Assembly: GCA_031362565.1 (NCBI GenBank) | Contig: JANLSU010000120.1 | Span: 96,001-160,000 of the forward strand | Length of the DNA: 64,000 bases | Source: a bacterium | GTDB lineage: Bacteria > Krumholzibacteriota > Krumholzibacteriia > G020349025 | Reading direction: 5' to 3' | Shown here: one piece after another, positions 10,109 to 24,964 of the stretch | How positions within the stretch are numbered: the first letter of the stretch is position 1 | Layout: every line of letters begins with the position of its first letter | Program-made: the position numbers and the translations under genes | Notes under the pieces: generated by a model | The model's database searches: none | What the model was told of the DNA's origin: nothing | The model's input: the letters and a program-made list of their open reading frames with translations, nothing else

Positions 10109-10707
10109 CTACCAGTACCAGTTGAAGCCGAGACCTCCCGCGAGCAGGGTGTCCGATCCAAGCGTGTCTAGACTTTGGTATGTGGCCTCGACCTGTGGCG
10201 CAAGTGCGAATCGCCGCGTGAGCCGCCACTCGTGCCCAACAGCAAAAAGCAGTGCAAGGCCGGTCTCGTCATCGGACACGGTGACGCCGAGGATCTTGAC
10301 TTCCACAGCGACCCGGGCAAGGCCGATTCCGCCGCGAAGGAAGAGGCCCGTTCCGGGTGCATAGTACGTAAGTGCCGCCAACGCACTTGCACAGTAGTGT
10401 TGACGTCTCCAAAGATCTCCGTGATACCGTCGTCCGCAATCCCGAGAAACTCATCGTCGAAGGTCCTGGTCCAAGCGTTGCTTTCGAAGTGCAGCACAAG
10501 GTCTGGACGCGCGGCATACCCGATGCGAAAATTACCCATCACGCTGCCCTTACGCGCATCAGCGTCCTCAAATCCCAAGCTACCGCCCCCGATTCCAAAA
10601 CCAACCATGAACCCGTCGCGAGTATGGGGATGTGCTTGACCCCAAGCCAACGTCGTCACCAACTGGCAGGTGATGAACGCGAGGATCGTAGCGCGGCATC
10701 TTTTCAT
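10109..10707 (-). pseudogene. Outer-membrane beta-barrel protein split by a frameshift near 10385-10400
   Basis: N-terminal frame has a signal peptide plus HTRDGFMVGFGIGGG and RIGY. A second frame continues LTYY...GLFLRGGIG...GLGFNWYW, ending in an aromatic beta-signal. Confidence 0.7.
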
Positions 10708-10748
10708 TTTCGGCTCCTTCTTCCCGTTAATGTGTCCTTACAAATCGA

Positions 10749-11132
10749 CTATTCGGGCGCTCTTAGGACTCGGACTGCAATTGCGCGGCCCTTTCGTTCC
10801 GCGCTAGTACCGAAGATTGCAGCCGCGACCTTTGCCCCAGCGCCAGGTTCACTCAGTGCATCCAGGATGATTCCGTTCGCGCCCAACTTCGACGCTTCCT
10901 TGCGCATTGATTTGATCATCTGAGCTTCGTTCGTCCACCCCGATGAGCCGGCAGAGTTCAGCAGGGCGATCTCCTCGTACTTACCGGGAACCTGACTCGC
11001 CGTGCGGTAAACAACAACGCTGTCAACGGGGACAGGCCCATACGTAGGACCGGAGCCAAGTTTGACAAAATTGGTAGAGACACAAGAGACGAGAAACAAT
11101 GCAAGCACGAGAACGGCGACAAGAGGGCGCAT
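10749..11132 (-). CDS. Small lipoprotein, hypothetical (YbjQ-like signature)
   Basis: Lipobox LVSC, an EASKLGANGIIL motif, and RBS AGGAG upstream. Confidence 0.7.
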   Translation of the reverse strand: MRPLVAVLVLALFLVSCVSTNFVKLGSGPTYGPVPVDSVVVYRTASQVPGKYEEIALLNSAGSSGWTNEAQMIKSMRKEASKLGANGIILDALSEPGAGAKVAAAIFGTSAERKGRAIAVRVLRAPE

Positions 11133-11392
11133 CGAACCACTCCTTGTTTGATCCAGCAAGCGGCCACACCTTGGGTGTGCGAACCCCGCCGAGACGAGGG
11201 ATCGGAATAGCACTCGTGCAGCCCAAGCCATGGATGCAGACCTTACGCGCCAATGGAAGCCAATGCAAGGGCCGCGTACTGCAGGCGATTGGTTCTCACA
11301 TGTCAGGTAAGCGGCGAGTTCCCGGCGCGGTGTTCTACGTCTGGACCAAGGCTCGCCCCGGTTCCGGATTGCCTCGGTCGCGGCGTGCACAT

Positions 11393-12763
11393 CTATTCCC
11401 CTTGCGGACAAACCCAGCCGCCGACCTCCGCGGTCAAGCGATCGGCCTCGGCCGGGCCCCAGGTGCCCGGTTCGTATTCGTGCGCCGGCACCGCGTTGCC
11501 GAGTACGGGTTCGACGATCTTCCAAGCCGCCTCGACCGCATCCTGCCGTGCAAACAACGTCGGATTGCCATCCATCGCGTCGCCGAGCAGCCGCTCGTAA
11601 GCACCCATTTCGTTGTTGGCCGGCCGGTGGACGAAGGTCAGCTCGGTCGGCTCGGCGATCATCGCCAAGCCCGGTGTCTTCACCCGCGCGCCGATCGCAA
11701 TCGTCACATCGGGACTCAGCCGCAACCGCACATGGTTGCCTTGGCCGGGGGCGAGGTTGGTGAGCGGCGGCCGCTTGAAGGTGACCATGACTTCGGTGGC
11801 GGTCACGGGCATACATTTGCCGGCGCGCATGAAAAACGGTACGCCATCCCAGCGCCACGAATCAATGTTGACTCGTACCGCCGCGAACGTTTCGACTTGC
11901 GAGCTGGGATCGACACCAGACTCGCCCCGATAGCCACCGAACTGGCCGCGCACCAAATTCTTGGGCGCGAAAGGTTCGACTTGGCGAAAGACCTTCACGA
12001 GTTCATCGCGAATCGACTCGTTGTAGGTCGTCGCCGGCGGCTCCATGGCCAGAATCCCGAGCACCTGCAGCATGTGGTTCTGCACCACATCACGGATGGC
12101 GCCGGCCTCTTCGTAGAAGCGTCCGCGACCCTCGACACCGATCTGCTCGGCCATCGTGATCTGCACGCTCTCGATGTAGTTGCGGTTCCACACCGGCTCG
12201 AGAAGGGTGTTGGCGAACCGGAAGACGATGAGGTTCTGGACCGCTTCCTTGCCCAAGTAGTGGTCGATGCGAAACACCGCCGGCTCGTCGAAAACGGTGT
12301 GCAAGGTTCGATTCAGCGCCTCGGCCGAAGCCACATCACGGCCGAACGGCTTCTCGACGACGACCCGGGCATTTTTGGCGCAACCCGACCGGCCGAGGTT
12401 CTCGACCACGACGGGAAACATGCTGGGCGGAATCGCGAGATAGTGGACCGGCCGGGTCGTACCATCGAGCCGGCGGCAGAGGGCGTCGAAAGTGGCACTG
12501 TCGTTGTAGTCACCGTCGACGTAACCCAGCAACTGCGCGAGTTTCGCGAACGCCGTCTCGTCGACACCGCCGCCATGCTCTTGCAGACTCGCCCGGGCGC
12601 GCGCCCGGAGTTCGTCGATCGTCCAGCCGGCCTTCGCGACCCCGATGACCGGCATGTCGAGCCGGCCACGGCGAATCATCGCTTGCAGCGCCGGGAAGAT
12701 CTTCTTGTACGCGAGATCGCCGGTCGCGCCGAAGAAAACAAACGCGTCGGAGCGGTTCGCCAT
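11393..12763 (-). CDS. zwf: Glucose-6-phosphate 1-dehydrogenase
   Basis: FGATGDLA, VEKPFG, RIDHYLGKE, RDVVQNH, RWDGVPF and YEPGTWGP motifs. Confidence 0.97.
   Translation of the reverse strand: MANRSDAFVFFGATGDLAYKKIFPALQAMIRRGRLDMPVIGVAKAGWTIDELRARARASLQEHGGGVDETAFAKLAQLLGYVDGDYNDSATFDALCRRLDGTTRPVHYLAIPPSMFPVVVENLGRSGCAKNARVVVEKPFGRDVASAEALNRTLHTVFDEPAVFRIDHYLGKEAVQNLIVFRFANTLLEPVWNRNYIESVQITMAEQIGVEGRGRFYEEAGAIRDVVQNHMLQVLGILAMEPPATTYNESIRDELVKVFRQVEPFAPKNLVRGQFGGYRGESGVDPSSQVETFAAVRVNIDSWRWDGVPFFMRAGKCMPVTATEVMVTFKRPPLTNLAPGQGNHVRLRLSPDVTIAIGARVKTPGLAMIAEPTELTFVHRPANNEMGAYERLLGDAMDGNPTLFARQDAVEAAWKIVEPVLGNAVPAHEYEPGTWGPAEADRLTAEVGGWVCPQGE
11397..11468. repeat. 72-bp direct repeat, copy 2 (the functional zwf 3' end)
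   Basis: Identical to 9984-10055. Confidence 0.95.
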
Positions 12764-12932
12764 TGCGCGTCTGTCACCCCGCCCTGAGATCGAGTGGCAA
12801 AGAGGTCCGAGCTCGCCCGCCGCGTCACGTTGCGCCTCCCGCACCGGAATCGTCAACCACCCGACGTTTGACGTACGTCCGCAATCGGCCTATACACTTC
12901 ATCCGGGGCCTCGTCCGAAAGGGAGCGCCAAG

Positions 12933-13322
12933 ATGAAGTTTTTGCAACGTTACTCACCCGCCATTTACGCAATCCTACGCATCGTGGCCGGCGTGCTGTT
13001 CGCCTGCCATGGTGCACAGAAGCTCTTCGGCGCCTTCGGCGCTCAACCTGCAACCGGCAACCCGCTCATGCTCGTGGGCGGCATTGTCGAGTTCGGCGGT
13101 GGAGTGCTGGTCGCCATTGGCCTGTGGGCCGGCCTCGCCGCCTTCATCTGCAGCGGCCAGATGGCGGTTGCCTATTTCAAGGCGCATGCCGCCGGCGGCT
13201 TCTGGCCGATCGTCAATCATGGCGAGCTGGCGGTCCTCTACTGTTTCCTTTTCCTCTACATCGCCGCACACGGCGCCGGAATTTGGAGTGTCGACTCGCT
13301 CATGAAGCGGCGGCGCGGCTGA
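12933..13322 (+). CDS. DoxX family membrane protein
   Basis: LRIVAGVLFACHGAQKLFG, SGQMAVAYF, FWPIVNHGELAVLYCF and GAGIWSVD motifs. Confidence 0.92.
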   Translation: MKFLQRYSPAIYAILRIVAGVLFACHGAQKLFGAFGAQPATGNPLMLVGGIVEFGGGVLVAIGLWAGLAAFICSGQMAVAYFKAHAAGGFWPIVNHGELAVLYCFLFLYIAAHGAGIWSVDSLMKRRRG

Positions 13323-13343
13323 TTTCGCACCCGAAAGAAGGAA

Positions 13344-13373
13344 GCGCCCCGAAGCGTCATGGCTTCGGGGCGC
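13344..13373. terminator. Hairpin between convergent genes
   Basis: GCGCCCCGAAGC-gtcatg-GCTTCGGGGCGC, a perfect 12-bp stem with no clear U-tract. Confidence 0.55.
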
Positions 13374-13428
13374 AGTCCGTCGCGATCGGTTTCGCGTCAC
13401 AAGGACGCGGCGCCCGCTCGCATGAGCG

Positions 13429-14664
13429 CTATCCGGACGAAGCGCGAACAATCTCGTTCGACGGTGTTTGCTGATTGCGACCGGAACCGCCCGGGCGCGG
13501 AATCGGAACCGGCGCGGGCACGGGCGGCGATGCGTCCGTGTCGACCTGCGCGTCGAAAACGAGGTTCGCCCAATTGCGTGAACCACCGACCGCATAAGCG
13601 TGCAGGAAGAACATGCCGCCGAGCGGTGCCGTGGTGCGTTCCGTGGCTTGCAAGGACGCTACAGTGGCGCCGGTTCCACGCCGCGTGACGAGTGCCGTCC
13701 AACGCACGCCGCCGGCCAGGCGCGTTGCCGTCAACACGAAGTGCAGCCACTCGTTGCTCGGTTGATAAAAGCCGCTCGCGTTCAGCGTACCGGTAAGGCG
13801 AGTGTCCGCACCGGGCGTGCCCGCCGAGCCACCCCAAGGCCACGTCTCGGTCGCGGTTGGACCCGAGCGGAGCGAGATCGCGTCGCGATCGAATTGCAGG
13901 CGCACGTAGTCGCGCTTCGAACGCCCCGTCGGCTGCAACTCACCGGCTTGCATGCCCACCGAAATCCAGCGGTCCACCCGCACATCGCCTTCGAGACGCA
14001 TGTCGTGGAAACGGCCGTGCCAGGGCACACCCTTGAACACGAAGTAGGACGAAGGATTGCGCGACTGCGGAAAGATGGCGGCACTCGTCGAATGGGTCTG
14101 ATTCAGTGCGACCCCGCGGCCGCGAATCCCGAACCGGTCGGTATAGGTCGCGACCTTCCACGGCGACGAATCGATGAACCCGTCCTCGAGCACGAAGCCG
14201 AAGCCGGGCAGCACGGCGCCATCGGACAAGCCGGCAATGACGTTGTTCAGTTCCCAGTGGTAAACGGGCGGGATCGTGATGGCCGGCAACGGTCCGGTGG
14301 TGCGCGCGACCCAGTCGAGAATCGTGCGCTTCTCACTGACCGGCAGCCGGACGACGAGCGGTGCCATCTCCTGCTGAACGCCGGTGCCGATGGCCTGCAC
14401 GGTGGCGAGCGTTTGCGAGCGCTGTGTGAAATCGAAGCCGCCGGTCGGATGCTGCGGTGTGTGACACCACACGCACCGTTGCTGCACCACGTTCCAGACG
14501 GCGTCTGGCATGGTGACGGTCGCGGCTGTTTGCGTACCGTTCTTGGCCACGAATCGTTCGGCCAGTCCAACCGGCGTCGGCTCGGTGCTGCAACCCAACA
14601 TCGCCGTCCACACACCACAGAGCGCCAGAGCCAGCGCGCACTTCCCTGATCCCCGCATCATCAT
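13429..14664 (-). CDS. Lipoprotein with a monoheme cytochrome c domain and a beta-rich C-terminal domain
   Basis: Lipobox MLGC, single CVWCH, distal EMAP and helix EKRTILDWV, followed by an aromatic beta-strand-rich region. Confidence 0.65.
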   Translation of the reverse strand: MMMRGSGKCALALALCGVWTAMLGCSTEPTPVGLAERFVAKNGTQTAATVTMPDAVWNVVQQRCVWCHTPQHPTGGFDFTQRSQTLATVQAIGTGVQQEMAPLVVRLPVSEKRTILDWVARTTGPLPAITIPPVYHWELNNVIAGLSDGAVLPGFGFVLEDGFIDSSPWKVATYTDRFGIRGRGVALNQTHSTSAAIFPQSRNPSSYFVFKGVPWHGRFHDMRLEGDVRVDRWISVGMQAGELQPTGRSKRDYVRLQFDRDAISLRSGPTATETWPWGGSAGTPGADTRLTGTLNASGFYQPSNEWLHFVLTATRLAGGVRWTALVTRRGTGATVASLQATERTTAPLGGMFFLHAYAVGGSRNWANLVFDAQVDTDASPPVPAPVPIPRPGGSGRNQQTPSNEIVRASSG

Positions 14665-14832
14665 CCCCCGCGCATCGCCGGTTGGACCGGCACGTCTCGG
14701 GAGGAGTTCTGCAGGGATCGAACCAAACGGGCAGCGCATCGTGGCCGGCGGTGCCGCGTCGCTCCACATGCGAGCGGGGCGCGGTGTCAGGAGAGGCCGG
14801 ACGGCCTCAGAATCGGCTCAGGTCACATCCGG

Positions 14833-15390
14833 CTAGACCCGTGGCAGGGTGATTCCAACTTGGTGCATGTACTTGCCGGAGCGCTGCGAATACGGCTGCT
14901 CGCACTCTTCGTCGGATTCCAGGAAGAGCACCTGCGCCAGGCCCTCGCCGCTGTAGATCTTGGCCGGCAGCGGCGTCGTGTTCGAAATCTCGAGCGTCAG
15001 GGTTCCCGCCCATAAGGGTTCGAGCGGCGTGATGTTGCAGATGATGCCGCAGCGCGCGTAACTGCTCTTGCCGATGCAGATTCCCAGGACGTTGCGTGGG
15101 ATCTTGAACGCTTCGATGCTGCGTGCGAGCGCGAACGAGTTCGGCGGGATGATGCAGACCTCGCCCCGGAAATCGACGAACGAGTCGGGCGAAAAATCCT
15201 TGGGATCAACGATCGTGTTCCGGACGTTGGTGAAAATCTTGTACTCGTCGGCGACCCGCAGGTCGTAGCCGTAGGACGAGAGCCCGTACGAGATGACACC
15301 CTTGCGCTTCTGGTCGTAGTCGATGAACGGCGCGATCATCTCGTGCTCGATCGCCATACGGCGAATCCAGCGGTCGTTCTTGATGGCCAC
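14833..15390 (-). CDS. dcd: dCTP deaminase
   Basis: [44 protein letters not shown] and GKY motifs. GTG start with GGAG RBS. Confidence 0.95.
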   Translation of the reverse strand: MAIKNDRWIRRMAIEHEMIAPFIDYDQKRKGVISYGLSSYGYDLRVADEYKIFTNVRNTIVDPKDFSPDSFVDFRGEVCIIPPNSFALARSIEAFKIPRNVLGICIGKSSYARCGIICNITPLEPLWAGTLTLEISNTTPLPAKIYSGEGLAQVLFLESDEECEQPYSQRSGKYMHQVGITLPRV

Positions 15391-15752
15391 CAGGGCTCCT
15401 CGGGTGTGTGGGCAGGGGTTCTCGGGTGTCTTCGGCCGCCGGGCATCGGAGCCGGCGCCCACTCTACCGCAGCGCGCCGGGCGCGCGGCAGGTCCCCCGG
15501 CGGAAAAAAACGCTGTGCGAGTGGTACGGCGGCGCGAATCCACTGTTTTCATAGACCTTTTCGCGTTCGCCTGGCGCCTTTCCCGGCATTCAGGCCCGTG
15601 CGCCGCTCGGATGTAATTGTGGATGTCCGCGCAACTCCGGACACCATGTGCAGTTGACTCGCCAGGGATGGTTCGCGCCCCGACCTCGTCCCACCGCAGC
15701 CTCTTGGACCGCGATGGTTTTCCACACCACGCTCTGGACTCAGGTGCATCTA

Positions 15753-15800
15753 ACACAAGATGTTGTGAGTCCAGACCTCACAAAACACTACAGGTTGAGA
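15753..15800. promoter_or_regulatory. Tandem NrdR boxes
   Basis: acaCAAGATGTTGtga (15753-15768) and acaCTACAGGTTGaga (15785-15800) are 32 bp apart, resemble the acaCwAtATaTwGtg consensus, and lie upstream of an RNR gene. Confidence 0.8.
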
Positions 15801-15807
15801 AATATGC

Positions 15808-15836
15808 TTGACGACCCCGAAGGCGCCTCCTAGAGT
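15808..15836 (+). promoter_or_regulatory. Sigma-70 promoter for nrdJ
   Basis: TTGACG-N17-TAGAGT immediately after the second NrdR box. Confidence 0.7.
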
Positions 15837-16117
15837 GCCCCCTTGCAAGCTTGCCGGCTGATGGGGTGAGAGCAGGAAGCTCGGATCCCCTTCCTCCAGA
15901 CGACCGTCCGCAGTAGGTGCTCGTCCGCAGGGTGCTGCGTCATTGCGTAGACCCACGGAACAGGTGCCTTGGACTTTTGCGTCTTCAGGGGGAAATCCAC
16001 ACCAGGCCGGCTTTGGCGACGAGTTCGAGAAACCGAGTCACTGGCGTTCGCGGGGCAGTTGTGTCGTGGAGCGGAGTGCTGGGACTCGCGTCTTCGAGGT
16101 TCTTAAAGGAGTCCGTT

Positions 16118-18925
<2,808 letters not shown>

Positions 18926-19160
18926 TGGCGCGGTGACGGCGCCGGTCCGTGGTGTCACCAGCCACGGCGCGGCGTTCCGGCTGGCGCGCACTGCAGCGTT
19001 GCGGGTCGCGCCGGCCGGAAACCTCTCGCCCCATGAGGTCCGGCACGGGGGTCAGCAGGGGGAGCCGACGCGAGCTGCACGCCTTGCGCTGAGTGTGTGC
19101 TGCTTGCTACGCTCGAATTGCGTGAAGGGTCCACGGGTACGCTGACGCGGGGGTGCACCG

Positions 19161-19496
19161 GTGGCGCTGGTCGAATTGACGCCGAGAGCCGAGAAGAGCC
19201 TTCTCGAGATCCTGAGTACGAAGCGTCTGGACGACACGTTACTCGTTGTCGAGATGATCGAGGGCGAGCGCGAAGCTCACTTGTCGGTCAAGACATCAGA
19301 GGACTTGAGAAGTCTGCAGAGAAACATCGAAATGGTCGGTCCTTTCCGGTTGCCGTTGGGAAGTGAGGAAGTCGCACTCTTCGTGAGTGAGCCTCACACG
19401 TCCGTCGGCGGCCGGTACGAGTTGGACTACTACTCCTGCGGCGGAAGGAACTGCTTCCAGATCCGCCCACAGGATCTGCAGAACATCGCGGACTGA
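19161..19496 (+). CDS. Hypothetical protein (weak HesB/IscA-like N-terminus)
   Basis: 111-aa ORF with protein-like composition (VELTPRAEKSL), followed by a clear terminator. Confidence 0.6.
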   Translation: MALVELTPRAEKSLLEILSTKRLDDTLLVVEMIEGEREAHLSVKTSEDLRSLQRNIEMVGPFRLPLGSEEVALFVSEPHTSVGGRYELDYYSCGGRNCFQIRPQDLQNIAD

Positions 19497-19507
19497 ATTC
19501 GCCAGTC

Positions 19508-19546
19508 ACACCCCACGCAGCGCAGGCTGCGTGGGGTGTTTTCTTT
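19508..19546 (+). terminator. Rho-independent terminator
   Basis: ACACCCCACGCAGC-gcag-GCTGCGTGGGGTGT followed by a T-rich tract. Confidence 0.85.
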
Positions 19547-19580
19547 GTGGGGTGCGCCTCACTGGTGGCCGCGCCGCGAT

Positions 19581-19943
19581 TTACGCGTCGCGGTGCACGG
19601 TGTCGGGGGTGAATCCTGGCAGACAGACGGCAACATACTCGGCGCCTTCGGCGCCCGGGGTGCTGTAACGCACCCATTCGCCGCGCGGCACGATGATGGC
19701 CTGGCCTGGCTGCACGTCGAAGGCCCGTGCCTTGGTCTCGACGTGCAAAGTGCCGTGCAGCACGACCGTATACTCGTCGAACTCCGGAGTCTGTCCCGGC
19801 TCCACCCAACCACCGGGGCTGCGCATGCGCGCGACGCTGACCGCGGCCGTCTGGGTATTCACGCGCCCGACGAATTCTTCGATCAATTTCGGCTTGTTGC
19901 CGGCGGATTCGATCACGGTCGGACGCTCGACGAGCGTAGCCAT
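19581..19943 (-). CDS. Cupin domain protein (EutQ-like size)
   Basis: EPGQTPEFDEYTVVLHGTL...GQAIIVPRGEWVRYSTP cupin motifs. Confidence 0.85.
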   Translation of the reverse strand: MATLVERPTVIESAGNKPKLIEEFVGRVNTQTAAVSVARMRSPGGWVEPGQTPEFDEYTVVLHGTLHVETKARAFDVQPGQAIIVPRGEWVRYSTPGAEGAEYVAVCLPGFTPDTVHRDA

Positions 19944-19987
19944 GTGTGCCTCACTCGATTGCTTTCGTGATGGACAGCGCCAGCCGT

Positions 19988-20638
19988 TCAACCGGCGCGC
20001 GATGAGTCGTGCTCGCGTCCCGTGAGCTGCTCCAAAGCGCGCACCGCGGCTTCCATCGCCGAATCGATGTTCGACTCGTCGCCCGAGAGCATGACGCGGC
20101 CAAAAGCGCCGTAGGGCTGTACGTGCACGAGCTTGATGCGCGCCGCCTTCTCGGCCTCGTTCGCCGCATACACGGCATAAGCCGCCGGAGTCGTCTCCAG
20201 GATGAAGAGTGATTCCCCCGGAATCAGCATGTTGCCTTCGCGATTACGGTTCACGACTTGGGCGTGCATGGGTTCGATGGCGCGGATGATCTGCTTGGAT
20301 ACGACTGTTGGCTTCAAGCGGTCGGTCTCTTCCATTTCCAAGTAGTTGAGTGCGGCGCGGCCCGCCTGGCGCACCTCGCCTTGATCGGAGTGGTGCAGTT
20401 CCAGGATCCCGAAAGCGCGCTCGACGACTTGGTTGGCGGGCTGTACGCCGGTTGCCTTCAGGCAAATGTCTGTGATGTTGTTGATCGCGATGCCGGGCGC
20501 GATCTCGATCCACAGCGACGCCATGTCGCGCACCGGCGCGAAACCGCGCCCGGTGACCCCAATGAACGCCGCGAGCTGCGGCTGCAAACTGTCGAGAAAA
20601 ACGTAGGTACGCAGCGTGATCGATCGCGAATCGGCCAT
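19988..20638 (-). CDS. Bacterial microcompartment tandem-domain shell protein (BMC-T, CsoS1D/CcmP-like)
   Basis: [54 protein letters not shown] and GAFGRV motifs. Confidence 0.88.
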   Translation of the reverse strand: MADSRSITLRTYVFLDSLQPQLAAFIGVTGRGFAPVRDMASLWIEIAPGIAINNITDICLKATGVQPANQVVERAFGILELHHSDQGEVRQAGRAALNYLEMEETDRLKPTVVSKQIIRAIEPMHAQVVNRNREGNMLIPGESLFILETTPAAYAVYAANEAEKAARIKLVHVQPYGAFGRVMLSGDESNIDSAMEAAVRALEQLTGREHDSSRAG

Positions 20639-20677
20639 GAGTCGAGCCTCCAAAGCCCGTGAGTTCGGATGGCCGAC

Positions 20678-20783
20678 AGTGTACCGCTCGGCGCCTCCCG
20701 GGTGCTAGGCTCCAGCGGTCGCATCACGAAGTCTTGGCCTCGGGAAGGGAGTGCCCCATGGCCGCGGAGATCCAGCCGCTCGA
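20678..20783. repeat. ~106-bp imperfect direct repeat, copy A (bidirectional promoter, RBS and ATG)
   Basis: About 90% identical to 24106-24212 by hand alignment. Contains minus-strand TACACT, plus-strand TGcTAGGCT and GGAG..ATG. Confidence 0.9.
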
Positions 20784-20844
20784 AATCGCCGCAATGAAAT
20801 TTTGCTGGGGCATGAGCAACCGCACCTGAGCAGTGGAGGAACAA

Positions 20845-21321
20845 ATGCCGATCGGCTCTTCAGAGCAAGAAGACGATTTCGTGATGCGGCAGATCCGCCT
20901 ACTCGCTCAAACGCTGGCGCGAATATGCGGCCTGCAAGCGATGGGCGATGCCATGGCAGCCGATGCGGAATTGAGCGCGGCCCGCGCAACTCTTCTCGGC
21001 GGCCGCGCGGACCTCATTGATCACTTGGACCCCGCGTCCGGCGCGGAGTTGCTCGCCGAGCCGAACGCGATCCTGGCTGCGGCCGAGCTGTGTGCGATGG
21101 AAGCCGAGCTGCTGCGCATGCGCGGCGCAGGCGATCGGGCCGGCGCGTTGGATTGCCGGGCGCTGCAGTTCGCATTGGAAGCTTGGCTGCGTGACCCGCA
21201 GACCGAAGAGACGCTAGCGCGGATTCGTGTCTCCGCGGCGCGCCTGCCGCCCGGCGCGTTGCCGTCAACGTACGATGCCACCCTGCGGCTTGCGCTCGAT
21301 CAGCCCACCGGGCCCGCGTAG
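20845..21321 (+). CDS. Hypothetical helical protein (DUF6483-like N-terminus)
   Basis: GGAGGA RBS and EDDFVMRQIRLLAQTLARI start. Confidence 0.65.
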   Translation: MPIGSSEQEDDFVMRQIRLLAQTLARICGLQAMGDAMAADAELSAARATLLGGRADLIDHLDPASGAELLAEPNAILAAAELCAMEAELLRMRGAGDRAGALDCRALQFALEAWLRDPQTEETLARIRVSAARLPPGALPSTYDATLRLALDQPTGPA

Positions 21322-21332
21322 CGCGCCGAGCG

Positions 21333-24044
<2,712 letters not shown>

Positions 24045-24105
24045 GGTACGGGTGTGCTTGGGATGCGGTCAAGCTGAAGCCGCAGAGGTTCAGTGCCGCG
24101 CTGCG

Positions 24106-24212
24106 AGTGTACCGCTCGACGCCTCCCGGGTGCTAGGCTCCACCGGTCGCATCGCGACTTCTTGGCCTCGGCAAAGGAGTGCCCCCATGCTCGCGGGGAT
24201 CCAGCCGCTCGA
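24106..24212. repeat. ~107-bp imperfect direct repeat, copy B
   Basis: About 90% identical to 20678-20783. Confidence 0.9.
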
Positions 24213-24570
24213 TCGAATCGCGTGCCCGCCCAGCGCGCAACATCGCGGAACGATCGCTTGATGCCGGCCTCTTCGCCGGTTACGCCTGTCGCTCTTTGCG
24301 CAAGACGAAATGCAGGTGGCGAAGCATCCGGCCTTGGGCTCGCTGCGTGAAGCGCTCCTTGCCGCCGGTGTTCCGGCGCGATGCGTAGGACTCACTATGT
24401 TGCCGGCGAAGAAATTGATCCATTGGTCGTTCGCAATGAGTCAGCCGGTGACCACCGGCCGAAATTTGGAAAGCACTCACCGCTGTCCCGGGTCCGCATC
24501 CGCCCGGACCTGCGACCGGCATGTGGATCGCAGGTACATCCGCCGCCTGGCGACGGTATCGCCATCCTGA
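24187..24570 (+). pseudogene. Possible degraded gene remnant
   Basis: RBS plus ATG (MLAGIQPLD...) stops after 24 codons. A downstream frame reads QVAKHPALGSLREALLAAGVP. No family recognised. Confidence 0.25.
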
Positions 24571-24964
24571 TCTCAGCCGGGGCGGCTCAGTGTCGCCGGA
24601 AGGAGCCGGTTTCGGCGGCGCATTCTCGTCCGACCAAACGCCCGCGACGAGTGCATTGTCGTGAATTGGGTCAAATTCCACATGTAATGCACTCGTTGCA
24701 CTCGGGCGGCGCGAAGAAATCGAATTCGAGCTTGTCAAAAACCCTTTTCCGTTGATCCTCGCTCCCGTGCCGCGTAGCATTGCGACATTGAGTCACGTCG
24801 CTTGTCCGTCGGCTCGCCCCCGCGTACCCGTGGTTTCGCGTGGCGATGTCCCACGGTCCGGTTCACTTGGTCGGCTGCCGCACGCGGCACCTGGCTGACG
24901 CGAATCGGGAGCCCGCATCGCCACTGATGGACCGGCGCAATCTCTGCATCATGGAGGCCTCTCG

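Noticed and set aside
15840..16117. Cobalamin riboswitch ahead of nrdJ
   Set aside because: No convincing B12 box or GGGAA...GCCACTG core seen, and repression of a B12-requiring enzyme by B12 would be atypical.
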